From contig OX597816.1 in NCBI GenBank assembly GCA_951406725.2, positions 51,088,001 through 51,152,000 of the forward strand: a DNA stretch of 64,000 nt, given 5' to 3'. Positions 24,859 through 41,535 of this stretch are shown here, in pieces. The notes under the pieces were generated by a model. It had not been told where the DNA came from. It worked only from the letters and a program-made list of their open reading frames with translations, and did no database searches. Origin of the DNA: Octopus vulgaris (Eukaryota). The position numbers were made by a program, and so were the translations under genes. The stretch's first letter is position 1; every line of letters begins with the position of its first letter.

Positions 24859-27800
24859 CCTATATCAAGTAGTATTTACTAAACTCTAGCAGCACCGGCT
24901 ATTTGTAACCATGTTAGTAGTTAGCAAGTGATTTAACTTGTAATCGTTTAATTAATTTGGGATTTTGTGCTTTGCTTTTTCATAAGTCTGCTAGGCAGAA
25001 TGCACTCAGGAACGTTCAGGCAATTAAGATTTGTCTAGTATAACCACCACTTGGGATTATGACGCCTATTTAAATAGATTTAATATTATTATTTGTGGGT
25101 AAATGCTCCCCTTAACTGTTCGTTATTTAATGTTGTACGATGGTTTGTTTTCATGTTGGGTGAGTTTATAATGACAGAAGCCGCCTTGGGCCACTTATGA
25201 CAGACTACTCCCCAACACTTTTTATTTACTTCTTTATTTACATATACCCCTATAACGGTCTAAACTTGCCCTTTATACTTCATGATTGGTCTTCATGCAA
25301 TAGACTAGGTATATTTTTTGCTGCGGTCACTGTTTTTCCAATTTACGCCTAGTTTGAACGCTAGCGTTGTTTCCCATACAGTTGTGTTTTCCCTGTGTCT
25401 CTTCTGGTGCAGGCTTCAAGCCACGCTTGCAAATATCATGCCTGCATGTGTGATTCTGGTGATGGTTACCATAATTTCAGAGTCGAATGCGTATTTATTC
25501 TGTGTCTCGTGGATTATTCAACAAAAAGAGTTTTATAAAGCGTCTATGGTGAACTTAATTTTTATATGAACTTTAAAAGGTCAGCGTATTCATGGCTGCA
25601 TTACTGGTCAAACATTACTGATGGAAGACCCCATAATGTGTCATCTATATAAACCCTTACCTTCAAAAAATTATTTATCAATTTCTAAAAATTAACAGCG
25701 CAAAATATTATACACACGCACATGTCTTTGTGTATATGCGTGTGCGTGGGTGCGTGTATGCGTGGAATATTATATTTCAGAAAACGGTGCAATTTTAAAA
25801 AGACAGAACGGACTGGTTGGCGATCAGTGTATCTTGAAATATAACAAATGAACAAATAGTAAATTTATGAAAGGTTTTAATCTCATATAATTTTGCTTTG
25901 AATCATATAACATCGGGCACAGAGAACATCATAAAACTCGAAGAACTATGATTCAAGAAATTAATTTCAATTGTTCGTAGAATTATTCTTGAATTCAACC
26001 CGAGTAAACAATTTATGAGAATGTATTATTCCAGTAATTCTTTGAACATTTCATAATTTCCCTATTTTTGTCTTCACTCATATAAATGGATTTGTAATTC
26101 AGATCATGGTGTTTGAGACGTGATAAAATTATGTTGTATAAACAAAGAAACTGAATGAAAGCGAAGAAGTTTTAAAACAGGCAACAATAGAAAGGCTATT
26201 TTTCATTTTGCTATTTTTGACTATTTAATTTCCTGTAAAAAGGTATTGGTGTGTGATGGATGTATTGTATCGGATGATCTTAAGAATTTTTGATGTTACA
26301 ACCTAGCCTATTCTGCTTTTATTTCAGGTATAATTTGTTAGCTAATTTTTCAATTCTTGAAAAACAATATAATTGTAAGTTATATTCGGCAGGAAAAAAA
26401 TTGGCTACTCTTTCTAGCAGATCGTGCGATAACATACACTAAACCTCTTTGGTTCTTCATCAGCAAGGAGTTACTAAGGGGTTTACGATACAAATGTCGT
26501 CTATCCGTTCATTGGTTTATCTATCAAATGATGTGCTTGGTTCTTTCTGGTGGTTTTTACCATTAATTCCTTTGATTATGTATCACAGAAATGTGAAATA
26601 AACGAATAGTTTTATCTTTGATATGATAGATCAAGGGCAGGAAATAGTAAAACGGTTGTGATATCTAACATTCTGAACTAAAATCTTAGCAATATCTAAT
26701 TAGCCTTTAATCTTTCAGTGGAAATTAAGAACTGTGAAGTAATAATAGTTCCCAACACAAATTCCTGCACACTCTGATGTTCGTATGTTTAATGCCCAAT
26801 TTTTAGAGGTATGATGGAAATCCTTTCTGTTAGGACTATGAAGTATTTTTCTAATATATTATTCAGTTGGCCGATCAATATTATACACATTTTTTTTTTA
26901 TTTGAAGGAGAGTTCAATTACTGTTGTTGCGTAGACCGCAGAACGAATATTATCAAGCAGCTCTTTTTTTTTACAAAGCATTCTATGGTGATTCCCTTCC
27001 TTTTTTATGTATTATATATCGAAGGTTACTTTTTTGTATATAATTTTCTGATTTTAAGATGAGAACAACTTCAGTAAAATTTGACTACTATTTTCTTAAC
27101 TGGCCAGGCTATCATTTATGGTACCATTCGTTGGCTCCGTGTTTTGATCCTTTTTCAAGGAGGTTATATCTAAATATGAACATCAACATATCTAACTGAT
27201 GTGATTAATCTGACCTACACATATACGAATATGTATGTATTACAAAAGTCTAATCCAACTGATGCTTAAACAATACACAATCTATGTTAACGGGAATTGA
27301 AATCAAACTCAATAATTTTACTTCTCGTTGAAGCGAATAACTTTTCGTTTCGTTTTGACGCCGGTGAGTAAAGAAAATATTGAAGCTTGTGTGTTCGCTG
27401 TTATTGCTTCGTTGATTACTTCATAGTAAGTCGTACTATGGTGCGCAAGCCGTCTTTTCAAAGAGGGTGCGTGAGACAAAATTTCTTGTCATATCACTCT
27501 TGTGCTGAAGCCACAATTTTAAGTTTTGTATGTAGTAAGACGGTGTACGATTGGCAGACTGTAACTCTAGACGAATATTAGGCTTACCACTATCCTCACA
27601 ATTTCTGCGCAACCGAAATGTTGATATTGAGCACTATATATCATGTATCTCTGTGGATATGATACTGCAGGATGGATGAGAGACAGACAAAGATTTTATT
27701 ATGATCTAAGATACTATATAAACGTACTGCTAGTTGGAGCTGGTCTTTCATGTACAAGCATGCGATGGTCGTTTGACGTCTACCGATGCAACAAACTGTG

Positions 27801-28732
27801 CTAATCGTATATCTAAGCAGTCTTTCAATTTTAGTATGTATCTCTCGTCGAGTCTGTGGTCCGCAGTCAATTTATTATGCATAGTGGGCTGTTTACTTTT
27901 CTATGTAGATTATGTTGCTTACTGTGATGAAATTGCGCTTGCAGATTCAATGGATTTTCTTTTATCTGTGCTCCAATGATGTTTATAATTCCTGTTAACA
28001 AAATATTGCTGTTATGATTGCTTACAATAGATGTTCGCCTTGTTTTACTCTCATTTGCTAATATTGCTGAGCGGACCTTATGTATTTTAACTTCTAGTAT
28101 TCTTGTTGCTGTTTTGTAATTTGCGAACGTGCTATTCGTATATTGTTACACATGGGGTCTGTATGTATGCATTATTATCTTCTTTCGCTGTAAAGTATGT
28201 AAGAAACAAAATTTGGTAGTGCTACATTAAAGGCTGCTGCATGACCACCATCGAATTTATATTCAATACAGTAGAATGTTATGAAGCGCTTGAGATTTAC
28301 ATGAGGCTGCTTGTATGATGTTAATAAAGCGTAACAGAAACAGAGTCATCTATAATATTCGGAAAATGACATTTTCTTCATGTATACTCAATAGGCTTGC
28401 TTCATGTATACTCAATAGGCAGTTACTTCGACAGCATTTTCTTATGTCTCCTCATGTATCATTCATAGGAATTTTAATGAATTTTTACCTTCATGGCCGT
28501 GGTAGACTGAACAATAGATATCGGTGGATTTTGTTGTTGAGTTTTTTTAGCATATTCTAGGGTAGTTTTGCGATAAACGTGTAGCAGTAACATAGCCACC
28601 TGAATCTGTGTCGCAATTTTGCGTGGGCAATTGTGAAAGATTGAGGTAAGAATTAGCACTTCTAAACATTAAGAGAACATGGGACACCACATTGTTATTA
28701 TATGATATTACATAATTATCATTATTATTATT

Positions 28733-28868
28733 GAGTGAGAAAGCAGTGCATGCCATCAAAGTGACACCAAGTGATACCAAGCCCAGTATAGCCTGTCATA
28801 ACTGCCCATCCAATAAGGGTACACTAGGCACATGCAACACAACCATATGTGCGTGAGATGGTGATCTC

Positions 28869-28869
<1 letters not shown>
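28733..28869 (-). mobile_element. Truncated copy of (TAA)n-associated non-coding element (family S)
   Basis: GAGTGAGAAAGCAGTGCATGCCATCAAAGTGACAC matches 41536, 49681 and 50936; (TTA)n on both sides. Confidence 0.75.
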
Positions 28870-28930
<61 letters not shown>

Positions 28931-28954
28931 GTTATCGTTATTATTATTATTTTG

Positions 28955-29001
<47 letters not shown>

Positions 29002-29030
29002 TATTATTATTATTATTATTATTGTTATTA

Positions 29031-29371
29031 CTTTTTTTTCTTCTTTCAAATTTTCTTCCATTTCTTGCCGAGTGTCTTCCCGACTCCTAGGGCAAAGAAA
29101 CTCATAGTGTATATTGGTAGGCCATTAAACCAAACTCAGTAGTTCGTTCATTTTTTTTTTTTTTTTAAGTTAAATTAAAATACATAAGCAGCAACAGTTC
29201 TCACATCGACAATGCTCTTCTCAATACGTGTGATGTACCAGTTAAGACAATCTTTTGCACTTCTTGCAGGGATGGTAAGCCAGGGATCATTCTCATATAA
29301 TTTTCGGTTCCCTTCTTGATCATTCCTAGTGCTCCTACGATCACTGGTATTGTAACCGCCTTGAGATGCCA
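29031..29371 (-). mobile_element. R4/Dong-type RLE retrotransposon 3' end, family A
   Basis: HLKAVTIPVIVGALGMIKK...LQEVQKIVLTGTSHVLRRALSM* plus 3' UTR; flanked by (TTA)n; same translation as 42052-42221. Confidence 0.85.
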
Positions 29372-29458
<87 letters not shown>

Positions 29459-29459
<1 letters not shown>

Positions 29460-29822
29460 TTGATTGACTTTTGCTTTACATTTGTACAAGTTCGCTCCAA
29501 ATCTCCTCCAGAGACCTCAAGAGACAACAAGTTAGAAGTTCATGTTGGTGTTATGCCTAGGGTGCCATATATTTGGTTTTGTACATAGTGCTTTTCTAGA
29601 CAATGTTTAAGAAACCATAAGAAAATTAGGTGTTTGTTTTAAAACTTGAGATTACATAGAAAGTATTTTGGGGTTTCCTGGTATCTGAGCTAGATAGCAA
29701 TCAGTCCCTTTTGCTATCATTCCCAGGGCACCTATGACAACACGTATTGTTTTAGTCTTCAGGTTCCACATTCTGCTAATTTCTATTTCAAGATCTTTAT
29801 ACTTGCTCAGTTTTTGGTAGTT
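29459..29822 (-). mobile_element. R4/Dong-type retrotransposon 3' end, family B
   Basis: YQKLSKYKDLEIEISRMWNLKTKTIRVVIGALGMIAKG; 3' UTR shared with 30004 and 50244; flanked by (TTA)n. Confidence 0.85.
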
Positions 29823-29912
29823 TTATTATTATTATTATTGTCATTATTATTATTATTACTATTGCTGTTGTTGTTGTTGTTGTTGTTCTTCTTCTTCTTC
29901 TTCTTCTTCTTC

Positions 29913-29982
<70 letters not shown>

Positions 29983-30003
29983 TAATATTATTATTATTAT
30001 TAT

Positions 30004-32302
30004 ATGTGCGTGACTTTTGATTGTATTTGTACAAATTGATTCCAAGTTTCACCCAGAGTCCTCAAGAGACAACAAGTTAGAAGTTCAAGTTGCTATTATG
30101 CCTGGGGTGATATACAGTTTTGTTTTATACATAGTATTGTTCTAGAGAATGTTTAAGAAATAATAAAAAAATTATAAGTTTGTTTTAAAATTTGAGATTA
30201 CATAGACAGTATTTTAAGTATAAGTATATGGGCAGTTCTCATTAGTATTATCTCTTAAATTTCTGCCATTTTGTGATACCCTCATATATGAGCTAGGTAG
30301 GAATCAGCCCCTTTTGCTCTCATAGGGCACCAGTGACAACAGGTATTGTTTTAGTCATGAGGTTCCACGTATTGCCAATTTATATTTCAAGGTATATATA
30401 GCTGCTCGGCTTTGCTAGGTCTTGTCAGATACATTTATGTCGATTGGGACAGTCATGTCACAGGGTCGGCATGATTTTTGTCTAAAGTCTTTCAATATAA
30501 TGTCTGACCTATTCGCATTTATCTTTCTTTCAGTTTGAACGGTGAAGTTCCAGAGGAGTGAAATGTGATCCTTTTCAATCACTGGAGGTTGTTTTTGGTC
30601 CTGTTGGGCAGGTCCAGGTTTTTGCAAATTATCCAGTGAATATATTGTGCTGTCCTATCATGCATGTTGTGATACTCTGTAGGCGCATGAAGACTGCACA
30701 TAGATACATGATCAATGGATTCATTTTGTTGTTTGCATGCACAGCATGTTGAGCAGCTGCCGTACTTTGATATTTTGGCCTGGTAGTTCCAAGTTGATAG
30801 GCATTGATCTTAGGCTTCTTTGATAAACCCTTCTGTTTCTAATTTTAAGCCAGAAGACATTAACAATTGATAGGTAAGGGCTCTGTCAACATCGACATTA
30901 TTAGTTCTGTTCGGGTATTTGTTATTGAGAGGGTTTTGTTGCCAATTATCAGTAAGAATATCTAAGGCAGCAGTTTTAGCACAGGTTTTCATGCAATTAA
31001 CTTTTTCTGTGCTTTTTTCCAGTACGACTATTTCTGGGATTTCTTGTATTTGGAATTCACTTCGATATTCCTTTCCCCGTTTTGTTACAGAGTATAATGC
31101 TTTCTTGCTTTCATGCTTTAAAACAAGTTTTAGCGTCTAGTCATCAGAGATTTTCTGGTAGGTTTTGAGGCCAATTGTGGCATTTTCATTATTAATTCCA
31201 GTAGTAAAAGTCCACGGCCACCCTCTTTCTTTGGCTGGTAGAATAATTCTATATCTGCCTTAGGGTGATGCATTCTATACATTGTCAACAATTTTCGTAT
31301 TTTTCTGTCAAGATTACACATTTCAGTAATTGATCAGCTAATGATACTGAAACTGTAAGTCACGATCGGTATGGCTAAAGTATTGATCGCTTCGATCCTG
31401 TTACTTGCATTCAGTCCCGCCTTGTGTATTGCCCTTACCCTGCGATATCATTCTCTCCTGATCCATTCCTTCATCATTGAATGTTTGAGTCGATCACCCT
31501 CAAATACCCATAGGTATTTGTAGCACTCCACTGTTTCTATCTCCTTTATGGCATTCTGATGGTCAAAATTAACGTTGGATGTTTCTGTCATGTTTCCTTT
31601 GATAAAGGTAGCTTTTGCACATCCATCCAGGCCAAATTGAAACCTGATGTCATCACTGAAGTGTTTAACAATTGCTAATAGGACCAGCATTTGTCGGCCA
31701 TTTTTGCAAAGAACTTTCAATCATCCATTTAAAAGAGATGATTTATATTTTTATCTAATATTTTTTTGTTATATTGTATATCGTCGAGCACTTTCGAGTG
31801 AGGTTTTACAGCTAGACAAAAAAAGAGAGGTGAAAGAGGGTCATCCTGCAAAATGCCACAGGAAATTCTCCAGTATTGAGAGATTTATTGTCACTGTTCA
31901 AAGTCAATGTTGTTCTGCGTGATCTCATACATACGGATATACTTATTTTATACATTTCCAGACATTTCTTAATCCAGCTATGTAGATTAAGACTTACAAG
32001 AGCTTTTTTATAATCTAGCCATGCTATCAAAAAGTCTTTTTGACATCTGTGACAATCTTCCAAGATCTTTTTATTGATGAGTAGCTGCTCTTTACAAGCA
32101 TAGGACCCGTGTTTACATCCGTTTTACTCATTAAGCAATATGCTTCTTTCTAATAAAAAAACTGTACGTATATTCTCTCAAGACAGATGATAGATTTTAT
32201 ACATTGTTGTTAAGCAGGTTATGGGCCTATAAATTTTTTGTTCATTTGTTTCTCCGTTTTTTTTTCTTTTGGAAATAGGAATGTTACTCCCACAGTCTGT
32301 AT
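30004..32302 (-). mobile_element. R4/Dong-type retrotransposon, family B, decayed RT + CCHC finger + RLE
   Basis: GVTFLFPK, YRPITCLTTMYKI, GSYACKEQLLINK, IAWLDYKKA, MDDLKV, YKYLWV, LDRKIRKLLTMYRMHHPKADIE, ETEGFI, CCACKQQNESIDH, HDRTAQYIHW, LLWNFTVQTERKINANRSDII, DMTVP. Confidence 0.9.
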
Positions 32303-32309
32303 TAAGGAA

Positions 32310-32743
32310 TCCGTCACCTTTTCATTCTTACTAAAAAGCTTCAGATCATCTGTTGAGCAAATGGTTAATTTTTCCATTACTGTTTCTAAACTGATACCTT
32401 ACCTTTGACTTCCTTTATACTAAAGTGAGAGGGATCAAATATGAGTGAAATATTAGACGGGGCACCGAGTACCTCTGGAAAATTCCTCTTTTGATATTAA
32501 CTTTCACTAAGATTGTGTCACCTGAGTAGACATCTACTTTCCATTTCTTCATGCTAAAGCTAATTAATTCTCTTATGCTGTCTGCTACACTGAACATACT
32601 CAAACATTCACTTATCCATATGTGTGGGATCATGTCTTGGGCTTTCCCATATACTATCCATGCTATTGTTAGATATTTCTTTCTAGCTTTTACTCTATTT
32701 AGAACTGCTTAGTCTATATATAATAGATCATGCGTTCCATGCT
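32310..32743 (-). pseudogene. RT fragment of a third R4/Dong-like lineage
   Basis: IAWIVYGKAQDMIPHIWISECL, VNIKRGIFQ, LIPLTLV, DDLKLFSKNE; abuts (TTA)n at ~32743. Confidence 0.7.
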
Positions 32744-32889
32744 TTATTATTATTATTGTTGTTGTTGTTATTATTTATTTGTATTCCGAGAGAAATAGAG
32801 AGAAAGAGAGAGAGAGAGGAATTATATTAGTATCCATGACGATACTAATATACTATATATTAGAATGAGTAGATGATTTTTTGTACGTG

Positions 32890-32941
<52 letters not shown>

Positions 32942-33562
32942 CATATATATATATGTGTATGTGTGTGTGTGCGTGAATGAATGTATAGTTACGCATATGC
33001 TCATTTGTACGTAGGTGAGTGTGTGCGCGTGTGTGTATGTGTGTGTGTGTGCGCCGTGTTTTTATTTGTCTGGATACGTGTTGGTTTCTAATTTCCTGCT
33101 TTAAATGTCAATTTTATCTTATTTCCCAGATAAGTAATTTTATGGGAAGTATAAATAGCTTGAATCGGCCCTGCATCATTCTAGATGTTACGTTTAAAAA
33201 CAAAAATTATAAATAAAAAAACAGATATATATTTATATATTTAGATACCTATAAAAAATCATCACTCTTTTATAACTATTTTAATTTTAATATTTCTTCA
33301 GTCACCTAATAATAGTTTCATTAATTATAAAATTGTTTTCCGACCTGTCAGCAACATGTAATATTTTACTTCTCCTTCGGCACTTATTCTGTACTTTAAT
33401 ATATGGATATTTACATATTTAACGCAGCCAACTGTGAAGTCGACACAGGATGCGATAAGTTTGCAATGGAAACCTATGTATGCATACGACAGAATGACTG
33501 TGGCAAGTGAAATGATTTACAGCGATATGCAAGTATATATATATACACACACACAAACACAC

Positions 33563-34745
<1,183 letters not shown>

Positions 34746-35532
34746 GTATACTTGTGTGTATCTTTCTGTTAGTGTAGACAAAGAGAGAATGGCGGAAAGA
34801 GAGGGCTAAGAGGAAAATAATAAATATTCTAAGGAAACGTGTGCAGACAAATGTTAAAAATTTTAGATGCTAATGTGAAGAAAAAGTAATGTATTTGATT
34901 AGAAACTGAAACTTCGCGAATTTTAGTTGCTGGTTTCGCTTGCCGATATTCGCACGATTATATTTAATATAATATTTGATCTGATATAGAGAGAGATAAT
35001 ATTGGAATAGCATGACAATCATTGTTTTGCAGTCATGCTTAAAGGATAGACTAGTATTAGCTGACAATTTAAGTGATGTATGAAAGTCAGATGTTGAATT
35101 CTTCGCTATTGTGTGAAATAATAATTCCTTCAATTATGGACACTATGCCGTAAATTTTGTAGGGAAGATTTAAGCGATTACAAGGGGCACAGAATTGCAA
35201 AAGTATATATTTCATCGATCCCGAAACAATGAAAGGCGACAATTGAACTAAGAGTGTTCAGTGCCGCCGAGGAAAAACCAAAGACGTGTAAGTTAAGTCA
35301 ACAGCAATACCACTTACAAATGTTTCTATCAAGTCGTTATGAATCTAGTTTCTGAAACTATTTCGAAGATTAGTGATACTAAACGGCTCAGCATTATTTA
35401 GATTGCACAATTATCTTTCACCCAGTTTTCCATGAAACAAGAAGCCTGTCGATATGAAGTGTACTCTGCGAGTACATGTTTCATACGCTCTTCTCTCTGC
35501 TAACTATTTATGTGCACATAATATTATGTGCA

Positions 35533-35578
<46 letters not shown>

Positions 35579-35631
35579 CGTATATATCAAAAGTACACAC
35601 TCACAAGCACACACACGAATGCAGACATACG

Positions 35632-35718
<87 letters not shown>

Positions 35719-36189
35719 ATGTATGTATGTATATATACATATTCGGATAAATACGTGTTATAACTGTCTGCAATTCGATGTGTGTGTATATCGTCGTGTA
35801 GAAAACTGTTTCGTAGAAATCATAACTGTTTTCATATCATGAAATGTCAAAGGTCTAGAAATCATCCATATTGAAGCAAAACGTTTATCGTCAACCCCAT
35901 AACAGTCTATTGCTATCTTCTTCCATGCCATCGTTATCTATAGACTTTGTATATGTTTTCATGCATAATATATATTTGTATAACAAATCGTACGTTTTGT
36001 TTTCCATAATCGTTTCACTAAAGGCGACGTAATGGATTACTCAGTTCCACTCTCCCGCGCTCACACTAGTATATGTAGATAGGTTGATACACAGCCCGAC
36101 AGACTGACGGTCACACAAGTATCGTAATGTATAGTAATTTAATTGATTATATAATGAGTTATTATAAGTTTTTATCCTTTTATTATTTT

Positions 36190-36330
36190 GTTTCAGTCAT
36201 TTGATTGCAGTCGTGCTAGAGCACCACTTTAAAGGTTTTTTTAGTGAAAGAAATCTACCCAAGGCTTAGTCTTTGTAAGCCTGTACTTACTTATCTATTG
36301 GACCTTGTGTCGAACCTCTAAGCTGCATTA
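36190..36330 (-). mobile_element. 3' fragment of the Meta-like SINE (also 61030-61210)
   Basis: TTTGTAAGCCTGTACTT and GAACC..TAAG motifs shared with 1480-1600 and 61030-61210. Confidence 0.5.
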
Positions 36331-36583
36331 TGCACACCCATACACACATACCAAGAGAGAGAGAGAGAGAGAGATTTATAGAGAGACAGATAGATAAATA
36401 GGGAGAGAGAGGGAACGATAGACAGACATTTCTCTGTGTGTGTATATAGAGATATGTATGGATACACCTATGGATGAATGGATTCTTGCCTGTGTTTCAC
36501 TACGGGTGTATGTGTTTGTGTTTATAATGGAATAAAATTTCTAATTTACCTAATATTACTAAGAATGTGTTATGAACAAACAT

Positions 36584-36970
36584 CGTGGAGGCACAATGGC
36601 CCAGTGGTTAGCGCAGCGGACTCGCGGTCGTAGGATCGCGGTTTCGATTCCCAGACCGGGCGTTGTGAGTATTTATTGAGCGAAAACACCTAAAGCTCAA
36701 CGAGGCTCCGGCAGGGATGGTGGTGATCCCCGCTATACTCTTTCACCACAACTTTCTCTCACTCTTACTTCCTGTTTCTATTGTACCTGTGTTTCAAAGG
36801 GCCGGCCTTGTCACTCTCTGTGTCACGCTGAATATCCCCGAGAACTACGTTAAGGGTACACGTGTCTGTGGAATGCTCAGCCACTTACACGTTAATTTCA
36901 CGAGCAGGCTGTTCCGTTGATCGGATCAACCGGAACCCTCGTCGTCGTAACCGAAGGAGTGCTTCCATCC
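36584..36970 (+). mobile_element. Full-length tRNA-derived SINE (possibly tRNA-Arg-related; octopus OR/OK-like) with 12-bp TSD
   Basis: A box TGGCCCAGTGG (36597), B box GGTTTCGATTCC (36640), CpG-rich body, TCCA-repeat tail; TSD ATGAACAAACAT (36572-36583) / ATGTACAAACAT (36971-36982). Confidence 0.88.
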
Positions 36971-38807
36971 ATGTACAAACATATGTACATGAGATATCAA
37001 AAGATGACGACATTTACATAATATCTGAGAGATAGGCAACACTAAAAACACTTTACACAACTTTTCTATACTAACTAATCTTCATTTTCATTTCATTTAT
37101 AATATATTTTCTTCAGCTTATCTAACTGAGAATTCTGACTTAGTAAGCAAAGATTACTATGAAGCCTGCAGGAAAATATAATTCCTCAGACAGTCTGACG
37201 TATTAGAAAATCTCATGTAGTAGGTATATGTTTTGGTATGTGAATAAAATTATTGACATAACCTTTAAAGATTAACTAAATATTTCTAACTCGGAAAATG
37301 TTAAATAAATGTCATAGTATTTTATGTGCATCTATGTAATAAAGACGAATATGATTAACTTTCACTGAGTATAACGTTTAATTGTTCTTTAAAGAGAACT
37401 TACGTTTTTGAAAAATTGTAGCACCGGCTGTATATTCAATTCTCATAAAATATTTCTGAAAGAAGACTAATTATTTTATAATAACTGCAATCGTTTCCAT
37501 TATAATTTTGCTATTAGATATGAAAGAGCAAATAATCAATTCCCCGTTCATTTATCAGTTAAATTATTAGAAGAATTTCATTTCAATTCTTATCTTTGCG
37601 CATAATGAAATAGTTGTTTGACATGTGTTTCCTTCGTAAAGATCAATTATAATTCTTACTGTCAAAATATAATTTTTTGCTCTCATGAAAGAAGGCTTAA
37701 TTAAAATTAATTTCTTCATCTTAAATGCTATAGTAATGTCTATCCCGTTAAGTATGTAAATTTTACCTTATTTATATATGTGTGTGTGTATGAGTGTTCA
37801 TTTATTTATGTACATATTTATATACATATCCATATATAATTCTTCATATCTATTGAGCGTTATAAATGGCCTTCTCCATTATATTGAATGTACAGTTGAT
37901 GCTTACACTAGCACAGATTGTTTGGCATACTTTGGTATGAAGGACTAACCTCAAATCAATACTGTGTGAGGGATATAGTAAAGTGTGTGTCCCAAAACTT
38001 GATGCAGATCGCTCTTTAGAGGAGCGTGAGGGAATTCGGTACAGTTTGGGACACGAAATAGCATCTGAAATATGATATAGAGAAATAGATCTTGCATGAT
38101 AATTTTGGAACGATCACAGACTGCAAGTCAGTAGCGATTTTGTTGCAAGCACTCCTAGCTTTTCGTTTTCCTTGAACTGTCACGTCGTAGTTATGAGATA
38201 AAAGCTTGGATGTTTGGAGATGATGACGTTTTCTTTGGTAGGGAACGTGGAATGAGGATAAATTAGGACATGGTCTCATTACCACGCATAGGAATGGTGG
38301 ATGTATCAAAAGTAAAATCACATAAAATTAATTGTGGGTGTATTTTCGACAGCATTAATGAGTCCGTTCATTCAGGTGACTTATGTTACAGAGTAGGAGG
38401 AGATTGTGTTGAATGTGGCAGTATGTTGGAGAAGGATGATAAGGTAGTGGTCGAATGAGTGGTGGTGTGGCTGTAAACGTCGAGGCTTATTGGGATATCA
38501 GGATTGCCATCACCCAACAGTGTTGGCATGAAACAGGTTGATATAGAGCTGTCAAAACAGCAAAGGATTCACATCCAGGGGCGAAAGCATTTAGCTGATA
38601 TTTCCGTGACTTTTATGGCCATTGAAATCATTAATTACAATGAGTAAAATATAAGGTGTGACAGTGGGCTGAGAAACACTTTGTTGTATGCCTAGTGCTA
38701 GTACTTGCCTCAGTCTCTATCCCTAAAATCAGCGTTGTGATGATAGTGTTAAGATTTTTTTCCTTTGACAACCATCAAGAGAAATTAAGGAATCGGTATG
38801 CTATATA

Positions 38808-39373
38808 TTGGGTTGTCCGGAAAGTTCGTGCCGATTTTTAAAGGAAAGAAAAATGTCAATAACTACTTGCCATTACATTTTTATATTTTCAATCAACAAA
38901 ATATGAATCAGTTTGTTGCCCAATGCGTCTTCATATTTCCTTTAATTTGAAGGAAAGATGAAAATACCGTCTTTCCAGAATCGAGGTGGTTTCGTGGCAA
39001 ACAATTAAGGTATCTTTTTACGTCATCCAAGGAATTGAAATTTTTACCATTAAGACTATTCTGCAGAGACCTGAATGAGTGGAAATCCGAAGGAGCAGTA
39101 TCTGGTTAATATGGAGGGTGGGGTAACACATCCTAGCCGAGCTGCAACAATTTTGTCTTGTTCCCAAAGCACCAAGTGCCAAAAATGAACTTATCTTCCA
39201 TTTTAAAGTGTAACAGAATTAACATGGTTATAGGAACATAACCACGAAAAGATAGCCTAACTGTGCTCTAAATGGAAATGTAGTCAAATCCTATTTTATG
39301 GACTCAACAATGTTCTAAAATAAGTCTAAATTTAAGCTACTATAAATCGGCACGAACTTTCCGGACAATCCAA
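38808..39373 (-). mobile_element. Internally deleted mariner element, copy 1
   Basis: TIR TTGGGTTGTCCGGAAAGTTCGTGCCGATTT and its inverse; TA TSD; minus-strand VLPHPPY*PDTAPSDFHSFRSLQ (mariner YSPDLAPSD motif). Confidence 0.9.
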
Positions 39374-41007
39374 TACATTAGATCATCAGTGGCCATACGT
39401 TTATGAACCAAACATAGAAGAACAAATGGTTTTCATGTTTATATTAACATTGAAATATGGAATTCTCTATTGCTATGTAGCTCCCTTGCTGTAGAATTGT
39501 TCCCATGTTTATTTCGTGATTCTAGAGATTTGGGGGAACAGTGCTAATAAAATAATAACGTGGGATAATGATTAGTTTTAGAATTTTACTAATAATATTT
39601 CAGCACTAGCATGGCACTACGAACCAATGTCTTTGGAATTCACTATTTCAAAGGCGCATGCTTGAGATATAAATACAAAAAATATAAACTATTAAATCCT
39701 TAGCTATAAGAATTATGGCAAAAATGTATGTATATATGCAATACCAATAGTATTAGAAATCTGTTTCAATTGCAACACACTGTGGTAACGTAAATTATAG
39801 ACACATCTTATAATTTTCAATTCAAATGAAACAATTATGACATTTACCGACCACTTGTAGCTACTTATCACAATAACGTATGAATATACAATGATAGTCT
39901 GCAGTGAAGTAAATAAGTAAATTGCGAGTAATAAAAATTAGCATTGAAATCAGGATGTGCTTAAGCTTATGAAAAGAATGTTTCAGTTATTCCACAGTTT
40001 GATATTTTTTCTTTAATTTAGAGTCGGTTTTCCTTTGTAAAATGTGGTTACATTTAAAAGCAGTACTGAGATCAGAAGCGGTGTCTTTGGGGATGTAAAG
40101 AAAAATTCTTTCTCTACTGAAATATTCAAATATTTTTTCCAGTTCCCAGAGCATTATTTGCCCAAACTCACACGTTTTGATGTGATTTTATCTACTGCAT
40201 TTTTTTCTGTTTGATATGGCTTCCACATATTTTTTCTCATTACCAAATTTTCCCAAAAGTTTATAAATTCTAACTGAAGAACAGTTCGTATCAATTTTGA
40301 AGATTTTATAATTCAGACTAATAGTATTAAGCATTATAATGTAAATACTCGCGGTTTTATAGAATTTTACACGTTCGTTATCCTTTTAAACAATTCGAGA
40401 AATCTGAAGTATCTTTGTCCAATTATATTAATGAGGACATTTCATAATAAATGTTCGTGTTTCGTGTAAATTACAGTCTTCATAATGTAATTAAACTGAA
40501 TTTCTAACACCTGTAGTTTTTGTTATTTGTATGACTGCATTTTTAATGGTATAAATTTATACACCTATCTATGAAATACACTTCATTAGAACAGGGAAAT
40601 GCCAGAATATTACTCGACTGGGTCAGGATACAAAGGTAACGAATCTGAATTATTATCTTTAAAATTTATAGATAATCAGTTGCTATTAAGTTGCAGCTAA
40701 TATATACATATGTACACTAAACAAGTAGAGTAATAATCTACTGATTTAAGGACACACACATACATATGCACATGTGTATAAGTATATGTTTCTGCGTATA
40801 CACTCAACTTTATATATTATATTCGAAAGAGACGTACGAGATGTGAGAAGTTCTTCATAGCAATATATATGTGCTGGTTTATAATATAGGATCACCAACA
40901 TAAAGTTGCATGAATCTACGTGTACCTACGTATCACTGAATGCAAACACACACACTCGCATACACGCACACACGCTCACGCACACGCGCACACATATACC
41001 TATATCT

Positions 41008-41384
<377 letters not shown>

Positions 41385-41458
41385 TCTATTTCTCTAACAG
41401 CGAGGTCACGTTCTTTTGTTGTTACATGTTATTATTATTATCATTATTATTATTATTA

Positions 41459-41526
<68 letters not shown>

Positions 41527-41535
41527 GTAATTATT

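Noticed and set aside
26357-26566. Possible exon in the non-repetitive-looking 25-28 kb stretch
   Set aside because: Short ORFs with no recognisable motif or convincing splice-site pair; a small exon cannot be excluded without RNA-seq.
27734-27979. VAYCDEIAL resembling the RT motif YADDIAL
   Set aside because: A single degenerate motif without convincing neighbouring RT motifs; may be ancient LINE debris but cannot be supported.
28720-32775. CRISPR-like acquisition system from the (TTA)n/insert alternation
   Set aside because: Inserts are 5'-truncated retrotransposon ends explained by target-primed reverse transcription; there is no evidence of an immune function.
36587-36660. tRNA gene
   Set aside because: A and B boxes are present but there is no closed acceptor stem; it continues into a 300-bp body and is bounded by a TSD, so it is a SINE head.
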